In this document: piece by piece, positions 1-8,914 of the stretch
Layout of the letters: the number at the start of each line of letters is the position of its first letter
Position numbering within the stretch: the first letter of the stretch is position 1
DNA from: Vulcanimicrobiota bacterium
Lineage (GTDB): Bacteria; Vulcanimicrobiota; Vulcanimicrobiia; Vulcanimicrobiales; Vulcanimicrobiaceae
Length of the DNA stretch: 64,000 bases
Assembly: GCA_019236975.1 (NCBI GenBank)
Contig: JAFAHZ010000024.1
Location: forward strand, 5,096-69,095
Direction of reading: 5' to 3'
Notes under the pieces: model-generated
Database searches by the model: none
What the model was told of the DNA's origin: nothing
Seen by the model: the letters and a program-made list of their open reading frames with translations, nothing else
Position numbers and translations under genes: made by a program

Positions 1-249
1 GGAGTCGTCGCCGAGCGTCGCCGGCGGCGGAGTGGGCCGAGCGAACGGATCGTGCCGCACAGTCAGTGCCGGGTACGCGAGCCGTTCGGGAATCGCCGGC
101 ACTTGCGGCGCCGCGAGGCGGCCACCGTTCTCGTCGAACGCGGGACCCGGAAGTGCGGCAAGCGGGACGAGCAGCAACGCCGTCGTCGACGTGGCAATCG
201 ACCACCGCAGCAGGCGCCGGCGTTGGTTAACGTTCAGGGGATCGAACAC
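1..249 (-). CDS. Partial CDS (N-terminal part only, runs off the left edge): secreted or membrane-anchored protein downstream of the pilO-like gene
   Basis: Absent from the ORF track because no stop lies in the window. The reverse strand reads GTG(249) FDPLNVNQRRRLLRWSIATSTTALLLVPLAALPGPAFDENGG..., a charged n-region followed by a hydrophobic segment, and stays open to position 1. It overlaps the upstream ORF end by 23 nt. No function can be assigned. Confidence 0.35.
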   Translation of the reverse strand, partial: MFDPLNVNQRRRLLRWSIATSTTALLLVPLAALPGPAFDENGGRLAAPQVPAIPERLAYPALTVRHDPFARPTPPPATLGDDS

Positions 250-826
250 TCGTAGCTTCCTCTCTATCGGCGCGCCGTTCGAACGGACGTAAACCAAAGT
301 ACAACGTCGCCGACACCGCGGCATCGAGCAGCGCGGCGTCGCCGTCGGTTTGCGGCGCTCGCGATAGCCGCACGGAGTCGACGCCGACGACGGTACGATG
401 TCTCGTGAGATCGGAGATAACGCTCAAAATATCGCCGTACTCGCCGCTCAGCGAAAGCGATACGGCTTGCGTTCCCGATTCTTGCGCGCTGCGGCCGCCG
501 GGAACGATTCCCCGAAAGCTGACGCGCCGGAGCTTAGACGCCGCATCGAGTTGGGTCAATAGGTCCAACGTGGGCTTTCCGCTGCCGCCCGCCCCGCGCA
601 GCTCGGTTAGGTCTCGACGAACGCGGCGAGCGGCTGCGGCAACGTCCGCACCGCGTTGCAGCGCTCGCTCGTTGCGGGCCGCTAACTGATACACGTTTGC
701 CGTCTCGACGGATACCGCGCGCACCTCGCGCTCCGACGGCGCCACGATCGTTCCGTAGCCGATTCCGCCGAGTGCGAGCACCGCAAACCAAGCCAACGTA
801 ACCGGCCGGCGCAACGGCGTATTCAC
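227..826 (-). CDS. PilO-like type IV pilus assembly protein (single N-terminal TM helix, coiled-coil region)
   Basis: Has an N-terminal TM segment (VTLAWFAVLALGGIGYG) followed by a coiled-coil-like region. It is third in a pilM-pilN-X arrangement and overlaps pilN by 4 nt. The call rests on architecture and context only. Confidence 0.5.
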   Translation of the reverse strand: MNTPLRRPVTLAWFAVLALGGIGYGTIVAPSEREVRAVSVETANVYQLAARNERALQRGADVAAAARRVRRDLTELRGAGGSGKPTLDLLTQLDAASKLRRVSFRGIVPGGRSAQESGTQAVSLSLSGEYGDILSVISDLTRHRTVVGVDSVRLSRAPQTDGDAALLDAAVSATLYFGLRPFERRADREEATSVRSPER

Positions 827-1374
827 GGCTGGCGCTCGGTGGCAACTTCGAAAGACAGCGCGCCGAGTACGCCGGCGTCTTTCGAGATCCTAACGCTAGC
901 GGGCCGCGGCATCGCCGGCGATCCGTCCAGCCGCGAAAGGAGCGTTCCAAAGCGCGCCAGGGTTTGCGCGCTTCCCTTCAGATCGTAGTCGTTTGCGTTC
1001 GCCTCCATCGCGTCGAGCGTGACGTCTGCCGGAAAGAGGTTGCCGATCTCCGCCAGGCGTTCGGCGGTCTTAGGCCCGGACAAGCGCACGTCGCGAAGCG
1101 CGCGATCTTCGGCGAGCAGAGTTTCGAGATCGCGCGACTGCACCTGCAAACGCTGCAACGCCTCGCGGCTACGCTCGAACCGGTCGTGCGCCGCGCTCAA
1201 AGCCCCCTGCGCGCCGGCGATCCGAGTGCGCTCGATTCCCGCCGCCACCACGCATAAGACGACCATCGCAACGAGCGCCGCGGCAACGTCGTGAAACCGG
1301 CGCGGCAACCGCATGGAGCGCACTGCATCGATCGCTCCGGGCGGTGCGTCGTGCAAAAAATCGAAACGCATCAC
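823..1374 (-). CDS. pilN: PilN-like fimbrial assembly protein
   Basis: Short cytoplasmic N-terminus, one TM helix (VAAALVAMVVLCVVAAGI), a coiled coil, then a PilN-type C-terminal segment (DVTLDAMEANANDYDLKGSAQTLARFGTLLSRL). The likely start is the GTG/ATG pair at 1374/1371, which overlaps the pilM stop (GTGATG). The track ORF extends further, to 1413. Confidence 0.6.
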   Translation of the reverse strand: MMRFDFLHDAPPGAIDAVRSMRLPRRFHDVAAALVAMVVLCVVAAGIERTRIAGAQGALSAAHDRFERSREALQRLQVQSRDLETLLAEDRALRDVRLSGPKTAERLAEIGNLFPADVTLDAMEANANDYDLKGSAQTLARFGTLLSRLDGSPAMPRPASVRISKDAGVLGALSFEVATERQP

Positions 1375-2342
1375 CGGCTCGCCCACGTTGCCAACGACGC
1401 CGCCAGCGTCCAATCCGGCGCGGCGGCCCGGCTAACGTCGTCCGGATACTGGCCCCCGCGCAGCAAATCGCTCACCGGTACGTCGACCATCGCACCGGTC
1501 AACGTTTCCAGCGATTCGGCCAAGCCGGCTAGACGCGCGCCGTTTCCCGTCATCGCGATCCGCCGAATGGTCAAGCGCTCGCGCAAAGCCGCGACCGCCT
1601 CGCCGACGGACGCGGCCAGCCGATCGCGAGCAGAATCGCCCGCACCCGCGGTTCCGAGGATGCGCTTGCGCCGCTCGGCTGCAGCGACGTCGATCGAAAG
1701 CGACGAGGCGATCGCGCGCGTAACGTCGGCGCCTCCCCCAGGTAACACGCGCGAAATCGGCCCCCCGGGCGAAAACGCGTGCAGCGTCGAACGTTTCCAG
1801 CCGACGTCGAGCACGGCATCCGCAAACGGAAAAGCGCGCTTCACCGCGCACGCATCGTGGTCGACGGCGACGGCCCGATACCCCGCGCGTTTCACGCACG
1901 CTACTCGCGCGTGCACGGCGTCGCTCCGCGCTACTCCTACCGCTACGAGACGTTCGTGCCGATTTACCCAGTGGGCCCGCACCAGCGTTGCTATCTCTTT
2001 CGCATCCCATGGCGAGAACCGTTCCGCTTCAAAACGAGCTGCCCGCCGCCGCTCGTACTCGTTCATCCGCGGAAACTGCAGAATCCGCAGCGCGGCGGAT
2101 TGGGACGGCAAGGATAGCACGCAGCGCCGTTCGCGCACGCCAAGTTCGCGCCGCGCGTCGTCGAGAATCGCAGCCACGACGTCGACGTCGGCGATGCGAT
2201 CCGGCTCGATGCAACCCTCCGGTACGTCGCGCACGGCAACAACGATCAATGCGACGGTTCGGTCGCGACGGCGCTCGCACGCAGCGACGCGAACGCGCGT
2301 CGAGCCCAAGTCGATGCCGAGCGGCATGATTGCAGTCCTCAC
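1371..2342 (-). CDS. pilM: Type IV pilus assembly protein PilM (actin/HSP70-fold ATPase-like)
   Basis: 323 aa. The N-terminus LGIDLGSTRVRVAA is a typical PilM/FtsA-like phosphate-1 motif. It sits directly upstream of the pilN-like gene and overlaps the peptidase gene stop by 4 nt. Confidence 0.75.
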   Translation of the reverse strand: MRTAIMPLGIDLGSTRVRVAACERRRDRTVALIVVAVRDVPEGCIEPDRIADVDVVAAILDDARRELGVRERRCVLSLPSQSAALRILQFPRMNEYERRRAARFEAERFSPWDAKEIATLVRAHWVNRHERLVAVGVARSDAVHARVACVKRAGYRAVAVDHDACAVKRAFPFADAVLDVGWKRSTLHAFSPGGPISRVLPGGGADVTRAIASSLSIDVAAAERRKRILGTAGAGDSARDRLAASVGEAVAALRERLTIRRIAMTGNGARLAGLAESLETLTGAMVDVPVSDLLRGGQYPDDVSRAAAPDWTLAASLATWASR

Positions 2343-2980
2343 CGAACGCTCGCAAGCAGGGCGTACGCGGCGCCCAACGCTAGGAATGGCGCAAAGCGCA
2401 CTTCAGACGTCCGGCGAGCGCCGCGAAAGAGTAGCACGACGGCGAACAGTGCTCCGACGACAAACGCGAAGCCGACGGCACGCAACGCGCCGCCCGTTCC
2501 CAGGCATGCGCCCAACACTAAAGCGAGTTTTACGTCGCCGAGGCCGATTCCACGCCCGCGGCTCATCGCGAAAAGCAGCCCGAGCAGCGTGCCCGCGAGG
2601 GCAGCCCCAGCGAGTGCGCCGGCAATTCGGCGATCGGCGAGCGCTGCACCCAATGCGAGACAGCTACCGGCGAGCAGAACGCGATCGAACACGTAGCCGG
2701 TTTGGAGATCGGTCACGGCGCACACCGCGCCGATCGCAAGTGCCACCGATGCGCTCCAATATGCGGCGGCATTTGAAACGGCAAGGCGAATCAGCGGCGT
2801 GGCGACCAACGCCGCCGCCACGTACGAAGCGCCCAAACGCAGCGGAACGCCGTACGAGCGCGCGCGCGATACTGCCAACGCCCCCAGCGCCGTCGCCGCG
2901 GCTGCCGTGGCGACGGCCGTCTCCAGGGCGATCACTCCGTGGCTCCCAGCCGCCGTAATGCTCGCCGTGCGGGCAGCCAC
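2339..2980 (-). CDS. A24-family prepilin peptidase (short form without the N-terminal methyltransferase/zinc region)
   Basis: Polytopic membrane protein carrying GRGIGLGDVKLALVLGACLG, the second catalytic Asp motif (GDVK) of type 4 prepilin peptidases. It lies next to pilM and a prepilin gene. Confidence 0.7.
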   Translation of the reverse strand: MAARTASITAAGSHGVIALETAVATAAAATALGALAVSRARSYGVPLRLGASYVAAALVATPLIRLAVSNAAAYWSASVALAIGAVCAVTDLQTGYVFDRVLLAGSCLALGAALADRRIAGALAGAALAGTLLGLLFAMSRGRGIGLGDVKLALVLGACLGTGGALRAVGFAFVVGALFAVVLLFRGARRTSEVRFAPFLALGAAYALLASVR

Positions 2981-3471
2981 TTCGGCGCGAAAGCGACCGC
3001 GCGACGGAAGAGTTCGATGGCGTTCGGCCGCCGGCCCAAGCGCATCGCCGCGAGTCCGGCGAACGTCAATGCCGTCGCATCGTGCGCGTGCAATCCGACG
3101 CGTGTAAAATCGGCCAGCGCGTCTTTGAGCCGCCCGCGTTCGCGGTACGCCATTGCGCGATCGAACCGCACCGCGTCGTCGTCGGCAAGCAGCAGGTAGG
3201 CCGAGGCGAGCGCGATCGCCGCGTCGACGGATTGCCGTTTACGCAGCGTTAGCGCGACGAACGCGTAGCGATCGACCGCGACGCCGTCGCACGGATTTAA
3301 ACGGACTGCTCGGTCGTAGTAACGCAGGGCATCCGACGCTCGGCCGCGATAGAGCTGTTCGTCGCCGCGCACGACTAGTGCCTGCGCCAACTGCGGTCGC
3401 AGCATCCAAGCCGCGATGATAACGCCCGCCACTGCGAGCGCAAGGCGGCGGAGAGGCGCGTCGACCTTCAT
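2932..3471 (-). CDS. Membrane-anchored TPR-repeat protein
   Basis: N-terminal TM helix followed by TPR-like helical repeats (ALRYYDRAVRLNP..., AMAYRERGRLKDALADF..., IELFRRAVAFAP). Confidence 0.55.
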   Translation of the reverse strand: MKVDAPLRRLALAVAGVIIAAWMLRPQLAQALVVRGDEQLYRGRASDALRYYDRAVRLNPCDGVAVDRYAFVALTLRKRQSVDAAIALASAYLLLADDDAVRFDRAMAYRERGRLKDALADFTRVGLHAHDATALTFAGLAAMRLGRRPNAIELFRRAVAFAPKWLPARRALRRLGATE

Positions 3472-4070
3472 GCGAGCAACGCGTAATAGGCGCCCAATGC
3501 GAGCAGCACGCCGCCGTTGACGGTTGCGGCCGCGCCGCGAGCCACGTCGTCTCTCGCAAGAGCTTCAAGGCGGGACCATCCTGCGGCTGCAACGATTAAC
3601 GGCAGGCTTTGTCCCAGTGCGAAGCAGACGAAGAGCGCGCACGCGAAGCCCGGGGCCGCGCCTGAAGCCGTTTCCGCGAGAGCGATCGCTACCGGCGCGC
3701 AACAGCCGGCGGCGCCGAGCGTACTGACGAATCCCACGAGAAACGATGCGCTCGTCCGCATGGACTGCGGCGTGCAACAGGACCGTCCCGAACGCCGCAC
3801 GATGCTCGCGATCGCGGCACACGTACACGCAACGCCGAGCGTCCAGTAGAGTGCCGGAGAAACGGCGAGCGCGCGCAGCGTACCCGCGGCGATCGTTCCG
3901 ACGGTCGCGTATCCCGCTACGGTTCCACACGTGAGTGCTGCCGGCGTGCGCCACCGCGACTCGCGGGCGCTCAGCGACGTCACTGCCAAGAATCGCGGGG
4001 CCGCGCACGGTCCGATTCCCGACAGCGTTCCCGCAACGAGTGCCGTCGCAGCTAAGGCGATGGGGTTCAA
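3468..4070 (-). CDS. CcdA/DsbD-like transmembrane thiol-disulfide electron transporter
   Basis: Six-TM-like hydrophobic protein with Cys-Pro motifs inside TM segments (GIGPCAAPRF and AAGCCAPVAI), as in the cytochrome c biogenesis CcdA/DsbD_2 family. It overlaps both flanking genes by 4 nt. Confidence 0.55.
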   Translation of the reverse strand: MNPIALAATALVAGTLSGIGPCAAPRFLAVTSLSARESRWRTPAALTCGTVAGYATVGTIAAGTLRALAVSPALYWTLGVACTCAAIASIVRRSGRSCCTPQSMRTSASFLVGFVSTLGAAGCCAPVAIALAETASGAAPGFACALFVCFALGQSLPLIVAAAGWSRLEALARDDVARGAAATVNGGVLLALGAYYALLA

Positions 4071-4534
4071 TTCGCGGCCGAAAATCCGGCCGCCGAGGTG
4101 TACTGAATGTGCGTATCCGTCGTGTTGGGGCTAATGTTCTGCAACGTCCCCGGATCGTGAATGCCCGGGCAAAGAATCGTATACGTCGCGGTCGACGAGC
4201 CGCTGCCCGTCACGGTATACGCGTAGTAGACGCCTGGGCCGCCCGCTGGATCCACCGGCGTCTGCTTCAAGTACGGCTGCAACGCCGTGTTGCTCGTATT
4301 GACCGTCCCGCTGGGCGGATAACTATCGTTGTCCGTTTCGTACAGTTCGAGCGCGGTAGCGATCTCTTTGAGATTGGCCTCGCAAGCGGCGGTCTGGGCC
4401 TGGGCGCGCGCCCGAATAAAATTCGGCACGAGAATGCTGACGAGTATGGCGATGATCGCTACGACGATCATCATTTCGATGAGCGTGAATCCTCGCTGGC
4501 CTTCCAAACGTTGCGTCTGCAGCACTTCTTCCAT
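4067..4534 (-). CDS. Prepilin-type N-terminal cleavage/methylation domain protein (type IV pilin or GspG-like pseudopilin)
   Basis: Class III signal: MEEVLQTQRLEGQRG|FTLIEMMIVVAIIAILVSILVPNF. This is followed by a GspG/PulG-like segment (AACEANLKEIATALELYETDNDSYP). A GGAGGG Shine-Dalgarno lies upstream. Confidence 0.85.
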   Translation of the reverse strand: MEEVLQTQRLEGQRGFTLIEMMIVVAIIAILVSILVPNFIRARAQAQTAACEANLKEIATALELYETDNDSYPPSGTVNTSNTALQPYLKQTPVDPAGGPGVYYAYTVTGSGSSTATYTILCPGIHDPGTLQNISPNTTDTHIQYTSAAGFSAAN

Positions 4535-4594
4535 CCCTCCGACGCAAAGGAGTGCCCGCGCGGGGCGCGCGCAAGACGCCGCGGCGAAACTGCG

Positions 4595-5746
4595 CTAGTA
4601 GGAGTTGGCTCCGGTGTGGATCGTGCTCGCACCGATACCGAAGATCACCGCAAGCGCGTTGTGGGTCTGCCCTTGCGTCGTGAGCACGTCCTCGATCTGC
4701 AGTTTGAAGGGCCGCCCCAAAAAGATGCTGGTTCCGTACACGAAGTCGCGCCCGAAGCCGCCGGCGCTCGTATTGACGCCATCCTCTCGCGCATACGCAA
4801 AGACCGATCCGCCGAGTTGATAGACGCCTTCCACATACCCGCCGCTGGATTGCATCGCCCGACCCGTTCCCAGCGGGTTCGTATCGTTGCCCGTTTGCCA
4901 CATGGCGCGCAGCGTAAACCGTCCGTGGTACGCGTTCGCTCCGTAGCCTTGACGCCAAAACTGATCGTCCGGCCCGAGCGCTCGACGCCCGGTGTACCGG
5001 TACACTTCGAAATCGGCGTTCTTCACCGTCTCGCGTCCCACGAACATCCAATCGGTGCCCGTTTGTCCGATAGGCGACCCCTGGTCGTGATTACTCAATG
5101 CGAGCACGGAAGCATTCAGCCCGCTGACTTCCTTGCCGAGCGATACCCTGATGCCGTCCATCGGCTCGTACAGATTGAACGGATTGTTCCCGACAGCTTG
5201 CACGAATACGGCGTAGTCTTGTTCGCTCAGCTTGAAGCGCTGTGGGTCGGTTGGCAAAATCAGCACCTGCTGCCCGGCACGGACGTCGATCGGGATTTTG
5301 TCCGTCCAGCTCGACGTGTATTCGAGCCACGCCTCGCGCAAATCGCCCGGCCGGCCGCCGTCGATGAAATACTGCTGCCCGTCGTATGTGAAATGCGGCC
5401 CGATGGGGCCGCCGACGAGACCGATGACCTTATCCACGATGTATTTAGGCAGTCCCGTTGGATCGGGATCGCTGAAGTACGCCGACTGCGCTTGGAGCGT
5501 CGCCGGCAAGTCGCCCCGGCCCACCAGCCGCGGAACCGCGTACCCCCGTGCTTTGAACGCCTTTCCGAAATCGGTGAGCTTGGCGGGCGTTACGTGACAC
5601 GTACCGCACGAAAGCAGCGTGCGGCGAGCGAACTCTTGCGTCGCACTCGCGGGGCGCGGATGCAGGACGCCGGCTGCCAGCAGCGCGATTGCCGCGATGC
5701 GGGCGATGCTCTTGACGATTGCCGGAACGTCGACGTTGTAAAACAC
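4595..5746 (-). other. Cyc2-like module (signal-peptide-like segment, single CXXCH, about 330 aa beta-rich, aromatic C-terminus); could be a separate product if initiated at the in-frame GTG at 5746
   Basis: The sequence (M)[34 protein letters not shown]|TQEF resembles a Sec signal peptide. CGTCH lies about 10 aa after the putative cleavage site. The remainder has alternating amphipathic strand patterns ([59 protein letters not shown]) and ends in ...GANSY. The call rests on architecture; no homology search was possible. Confidence 0.5.
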
Positions 5747-7723
5747 TGCTACCAGTTCGCGGAGCTGCTCCGACTTCGCATGCGAGCTTTGCGACGCTCG
5801 GTTCATTTCGGAAATTTGCTGCGACAGCACCCCCGTCGCGTCGGACACCTCTCGAGCGGACTTGGCCTGTGCGTCCGCAGACTCCGCAACCGGATCGATC
5901 GTGCTGCGTACCAGCGCGCTGCGCTCGCTGACGTGGCCCGCCGCCGCAGCATTTTCGCCGACAATCCTGGACACCGCCCCGATGTTCTGCGTCAGCGCGC
6001 CCGACGCGCGTTTCATCTCGTCCGAGCGATTTGCGACCTCCGCAGCGACGTCGCTCGTCTGCGCGATCGCCGCACCGAGCGCCCCGAGCGCTCCCGTCGC
6101 GTGCGCCGAGAGGACCATCCCGCTTTCGACCTGCTCCGAGGCCGACGAAATCGCCGCCGCCGCGCGCACGCTTTCCTCGCGTATCGCATCCAGGATCCGG
6201 CCGATCTCGCCGGTAGACACGCGCGATTTTTCGGCGAGCTTGCGCACCTCGTCGGCAACGACGGCGAACCCGCGCCCTTGATCGCCGGCGCGTGCGGCTT
6301 CGATCGCCGCATTGAGCGCGAGCAGATTCGTCTGATCGGCGATGTCGTGAATAACCGCAACGATCTCCGAAACTGCGCTCGAGCTGGTCTCGAGGTTCTT
6401 CATGGCCGAGTGCGCGACACCCGTGGCTTCCTTGATACGCTCCATCGCACCGGCAGTTTGCTCCACCGAGCGTTCGCCGCTTTGCGCCTCGACGCGCGCG
6501 TGCCCCGCCGCGTCCGCCAGCGTCGTCCCCATGATTGCCAACGCCGAGATTTGCTCGTCGAGCTGTCGAACCGAATCGACGGCTCCCAGCGCACCGCGCC
6601 CTTGCTCGTCGGAGGCCGCCGCAATTTGATGCGCGCTGCTCGCAAGCGCGTTGATTTCCCCGTGCGCGACCGCAATGCGCTCGGCCTGACTGTGCGCGCC
6701 GTCGGCGACGCCTTCCATCGATGCGGCGATCCGGTCGACGGCCACCGACGCCGAACCGGCCGCCGCCGACATGCGCGAATCCAGCTGCGCGAGGTCGACC
6801 GTTGCCGACGCGATGCCCGACATCACGCCGCGCAGCGTTTTGGCCATTTTGTTGAACTCCATGGAGATCAGGCCCAATCCCGCAGCTACGCCGTTGTAGC
6901 TGTTGGCAAGCTGTGCGATTTCGTCGCTGCCTTCGTCGGCGATGAACGACCGGTCCGATTCGAACGTTGCTGAAAGATCGCCCGCGCTTAGCCGGTCGAA
7001 CGCAGTCGTCAACATGGCGACGTCGTGTTCGGTCACGTCGAGCAGCGCGCGCGTAACCGACTGCAGCCGGCGCGCGATCGATCCGCCGATGAAGACGGCC
7101 GTCAACACTAACGCGAATGCCGCCGCAACGGTGCTCGCGAGCAGCGTCGTAACGAGCACGACCTGGGCCCGCTCGAACTGCGCTTCGGCAACCTTCGCCT
7201 GTTCCGTCGAGTAGCTAGCCAGCGCGTCGTTGTCGCGCCGTAAACTCTTGAACGATAGATCGGTGGCCGCCATGGCGGCGTCGACGTCGCGTGGGCGCCG
7301 AGCGCCCACCGCAATCTGCCGGTCGAAGCCTTTCTTGACGGCGTCGACGTCGGTTTCGATTTGCGCGGCCTCGATATCGACTTGCTCCAAACGCGCCGAA
7401 TCGATCGCGTTGGTTTGGTCGCTCTTATCGAGCGTCGACAGATCGCCGCTCAATGCGATTTGTGCCGCGTTTAGCGAATCTAAGTAACGCCTTTGACCCG
7501 TTGCGACGTATCCTCGCACTGCGGCCGACTGGTCCAGCATCTGGGCCATGACGTCGCGGGTCAGCGTGCTGATCGCGCCCAGGGCGGCGGCCTCGTTCGC
7601 TCGCGCGCGCATCACGGCGATGCGTCCGATGCCTACCGCCGTCACGATTCCGAGTAAGACGACGCCGATGAAAAAACCGGCACCGATCTGTACCGGAACC
7701 GGAAACCGCGATAGACCGTTCAC
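4595..7723 (-). CDS. CHASE3-HAMP methyl-accepting chemotaxis protein, read in frame into a Cyc2-like CXXCH plus beta-barrel-like module with no stop between them
   Basis: TM1 is followed by CHASE3 ([12 protein letters not shown]), TM2, HAMP, and the MCP signalling domain ([35 protein letters not shown]). The MCP part ends ...[11 protein letters not shown] and the frame continues without a stop. The likely true start is the GTG at 7723, which overlaps the upstream stop (GTGA). The track ORF start at 7897 would overlap the upstream gene. Confidence 0.8.
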   Translation of the reverse strand: MNGLSRFPVPVQIGAGFFIGVVLLGIVTAVGIGRIAVMRARANEAAALGAISTLTRDVMAQMLDQSAAVRGYVATGQRRYLDSLNAAQIALSGDLSTLDKSDQTNAIDSARLEQVDIEAAQIETDVDAVKKGFDRQIAVGARRPRDVDAAMAATDLSFKSLRRDNDALASYSTEQAKVAEAQFERAQVVLVTTLLASTVAAAFALVLTAVFIGGSIARRLQSVTRALLDVTEHDVAMLTTAFDRLSAGDLSATFESDRSFIADEGSDEIAQLANSYNGVAAGLGLISMEFNKMAKTLRGVMSGIASATVDLAQLDSRMSAAAGSASVAVDRIAASMEGVADGAHSQAERIAVAHGEINALASSAHQIAAASDEQGRGALGAVDSVRQLDEQISALAIMGTTLADAAGHARVEAQSGERSVEQTAGAMERIKEATGVAHSAMKNLETSSSAVSEIVAVIHDIADQTNLLALNAAIEAARAGDQGRGFAVVADEVRKLAEKSRVSTGEIGRILDAIREESVRAAAAISSASEQVESGMVLSAHATGALGALGAAIAQTSDVAAEVANRSDEMKRASGALTQNIGAVSRIVGENAAAAGHVSERSALVRSTIDPVAESADAQAKSAREVSDATGVLSQQISEMNRASQSSHAKSEQLRELVAVFYNVDVPAIVKSIARIAAIALLAAGVLHPRPASATQEFARRTLLSCGTCHVTPAKLTDFGKAFKARGYAVPRLVGRGDLPATLQAQSAYFSDPDPTGLPKYIVDKVIGLVGGPIGPHFTYDGQQYFIDGGRPGDLREAWLEYTSSWTDKIPIDVRAGQQVLILPTDPQRFKLSEQDYAVFVQAVGNNPFNLYEPMDGIRVSLGKEVSGLNASVLALSNHDQGSPIGQTGTDWMFVGRETVKNADFEVYRYTGRRALGPDDQFWRQGYGANAYHGRFTLRAMWQTGNDTNPLGTGRAMQSSGGYVEGVYQLGGSVFAYAREDGVNTSAGGFGRDFVYGTSIFLGRPFKLQIEDVLTTQGQTHNALAVIFGIGASTIHTGANSY

Positions 7724-8130
7724 GGCTTGGCGATTCCGCAGGCCGCCTGTGTGGCGATGTCGGCATACGACTTGTGCACGTTCACGATCAAATCGCCCGC
7801 CGTCAAACGTCCGATCGGGACGTCGAGCGTCGTCGTCGACTTGCCGTTGACGACGTCTTCGAGCGGATAGAGGGGACGAGGTTGGTACTTGTCGCACGTC
7901 CCGGTGTGAAAGTGTGCCGGCTGCTCGATAGCCGATCCGTTTACGAGGCTAACGGTTACGACGGTTTTTGCACCCTGCGCCTTCAGCGTCGCCGTTCCGG
8001 ATTCGCCGCTGCCGTTTAGTGCGTCGAGCCTCACGACCACGATCTGTCCCGTCTCCGCCGCTGCGGCCTCCACGGTGACGCCCGCGGCGCCGAGTAAGAT
8101 CAGTACTGCACCTGCAACTCGCGCGTTCAT
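7720..8130 (-). CDS. Small secreted protein with a SodC/CHRD-like fold signature
   Basis: The ATG at 8130 is preceded by AAGGTGA. Signal peptide: [25 protein letters not shown]. The motifs [17 protein letters not shown] and a C-terminal AACGIAKP resemble the HxH...C, VHxx and ACGVI motifs of Cu,Zn-SOD-like proteins, but the zinc-loop histidines are not evident. The stop overlaps the MCP start (GTGA). Confidence 0.5.
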   Translation of the reverse strand: MNARVAGAVLILLGAAGVTVEAAAAETGQIVVVRLDALNGSGESGTATLKAQGAKTVVTVSLVNGSAIEQPAHFHTGTCDKYQPRPLYPLEDVVNGKSTTTLDVPIGRLTAGDLIVNVHKSYADIATQAACGIAKP

Positions 8131-8222
8131 CTTCACCTTCAGCGGCCCAGCAGCCGCTCGCACGCAGTGTCGCAAGCGACTGTGAATAAAGTCTGAAAAC
8201 CTTCATGCTTCTGAAACGGCGC

Positions 8223-8891
8223 TCACGGGCGCAAACGGTAGCCCACGTTCCAAATCGTTTCGATAACGCCGTCGGCGCCGCAACGCCGCAGCTTGTTGCG
8301 CAACTGACTGACGAAGACGTCGACGACGTTACTGGAGCCGGTGCGCTCCTCGCGAAGACGATCGAGAATTTGCGCGCGGGAAAGGGTCATCCCGGCATTG
8401 CGCGCCAGGTACTCGAGCAAGCGAAACTCCGTGGGGCCGAGCGTAAGCGGCACGCCTGCATATCTGGCCGTGCAGCCGGCGACGTCGACCCGCAGCAATC
8501 CGACCTCGATCGTCGTCGCGTCCCCCCGCTCGCCGGTCCGGCGCAACAGCGCGGATACCCGCGCGAGCAGTTCGTCCTCGGCGAAGGGCTTGACCAAATA
8601 GTCATCGGCGCCCGCGGCGAATCCGGCGACGCGATCTTCGATCGCATCGCGCCCCGATAGCATGAGAATCGGCACTCGCACGCCTTCACTTCGGACCCTG
8701 CGCACTAATTCGAAGCCGTCGATGCCGGGCAAGCCCACGTCGACGATTGCCGCATCGTGGACGTGGCGCCCAAGGAGTTCCAGGCCGGATGCGCCGTCGG
8801 CGGCGACGCTGACGGCGAACAACTTCGCTTCCAGCATCGAGCGAATTGCGCGCGCAGTCGAAGGATTATCCTCGACCACCAGGATCTGCAC
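8223..8891 (-). CDS. OmpR/PhoB-family response regulator (receiver plus winged-helix DNA-binding domain)
   Basis: The receiver domain reads MQILVVEDNP...DAAIVDVGLPGIDGF...LSGRD...YLVKPF. The C-terminal trans_reg_C reads LTLGPTEFRLLEYLARNAGMTLSRAQILDRL...VDVFVSQLRNKL...IETIWNVGYRL. GTG start. No histidine kinase gene is adjacent. Confidence 0.9.
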   Translation of the reverse strand: MQILVVEDNPSTARAIRSMLEAKLFAVSVAADGASGLELLGRHVHDAAIVDVGLPGIDGFELVRRVRSEGVRVPILMLSGRDAIEDRVAGFAAGADDYLVKPFAEDELLARVSALLRRTGERGDATTIEVGLLRVDVAGCTARYAGVPLTLGPTEFRLLEYLARNAGMTLSRAQILDRLREERTGSSNVVDVFVSQLRNKLRRCGADGVIETIWNVGYRLRP

Positions 8892-8914
8892 CCGGCAAAT
8901 CTATCGCAGGAACG

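Noticed and set aside
1291-2958. 555-aa plus-strand ORF
   Set aside because: It is antisense to pilM and the prepilin peptidase. Its Arg/Ser/Ala/Thr-rich composition is not coding-like, and the minus strand carries the recognisable genes.
4067-4534. Geobacter-type conductive e-pilin next to the Cyc2-like module
   Set aside because: The mature protein is about 140 aa with a full globular, GspG-like head domain and a disulfide pair. It is not the truncated roughly 60-aa aromatic-dense PilA-N type.
3935-6973. 1012-aa plus-strand ORF, the longest plus-strand ORF in the track
   Set aside because: It is entirely antisense to the MCP/Cyc2-like ORF. It is extremely Arg-rich and low in complexity, with no recognisable motif, whereas the opposite strand has unambiguous CHASE3/HAMP/MCP motifs. 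This is a typical high-GC antisense artefact.
7724-7897. 58-aa N-terminal extension of the MCP ORF as given in the track
   Set aside because: It overlaps the 3' end of the upstream SodC-like gene and is Arg-rich. A GTG at 7723 forms a GTGA start/stop overlap just before the first TM helix.
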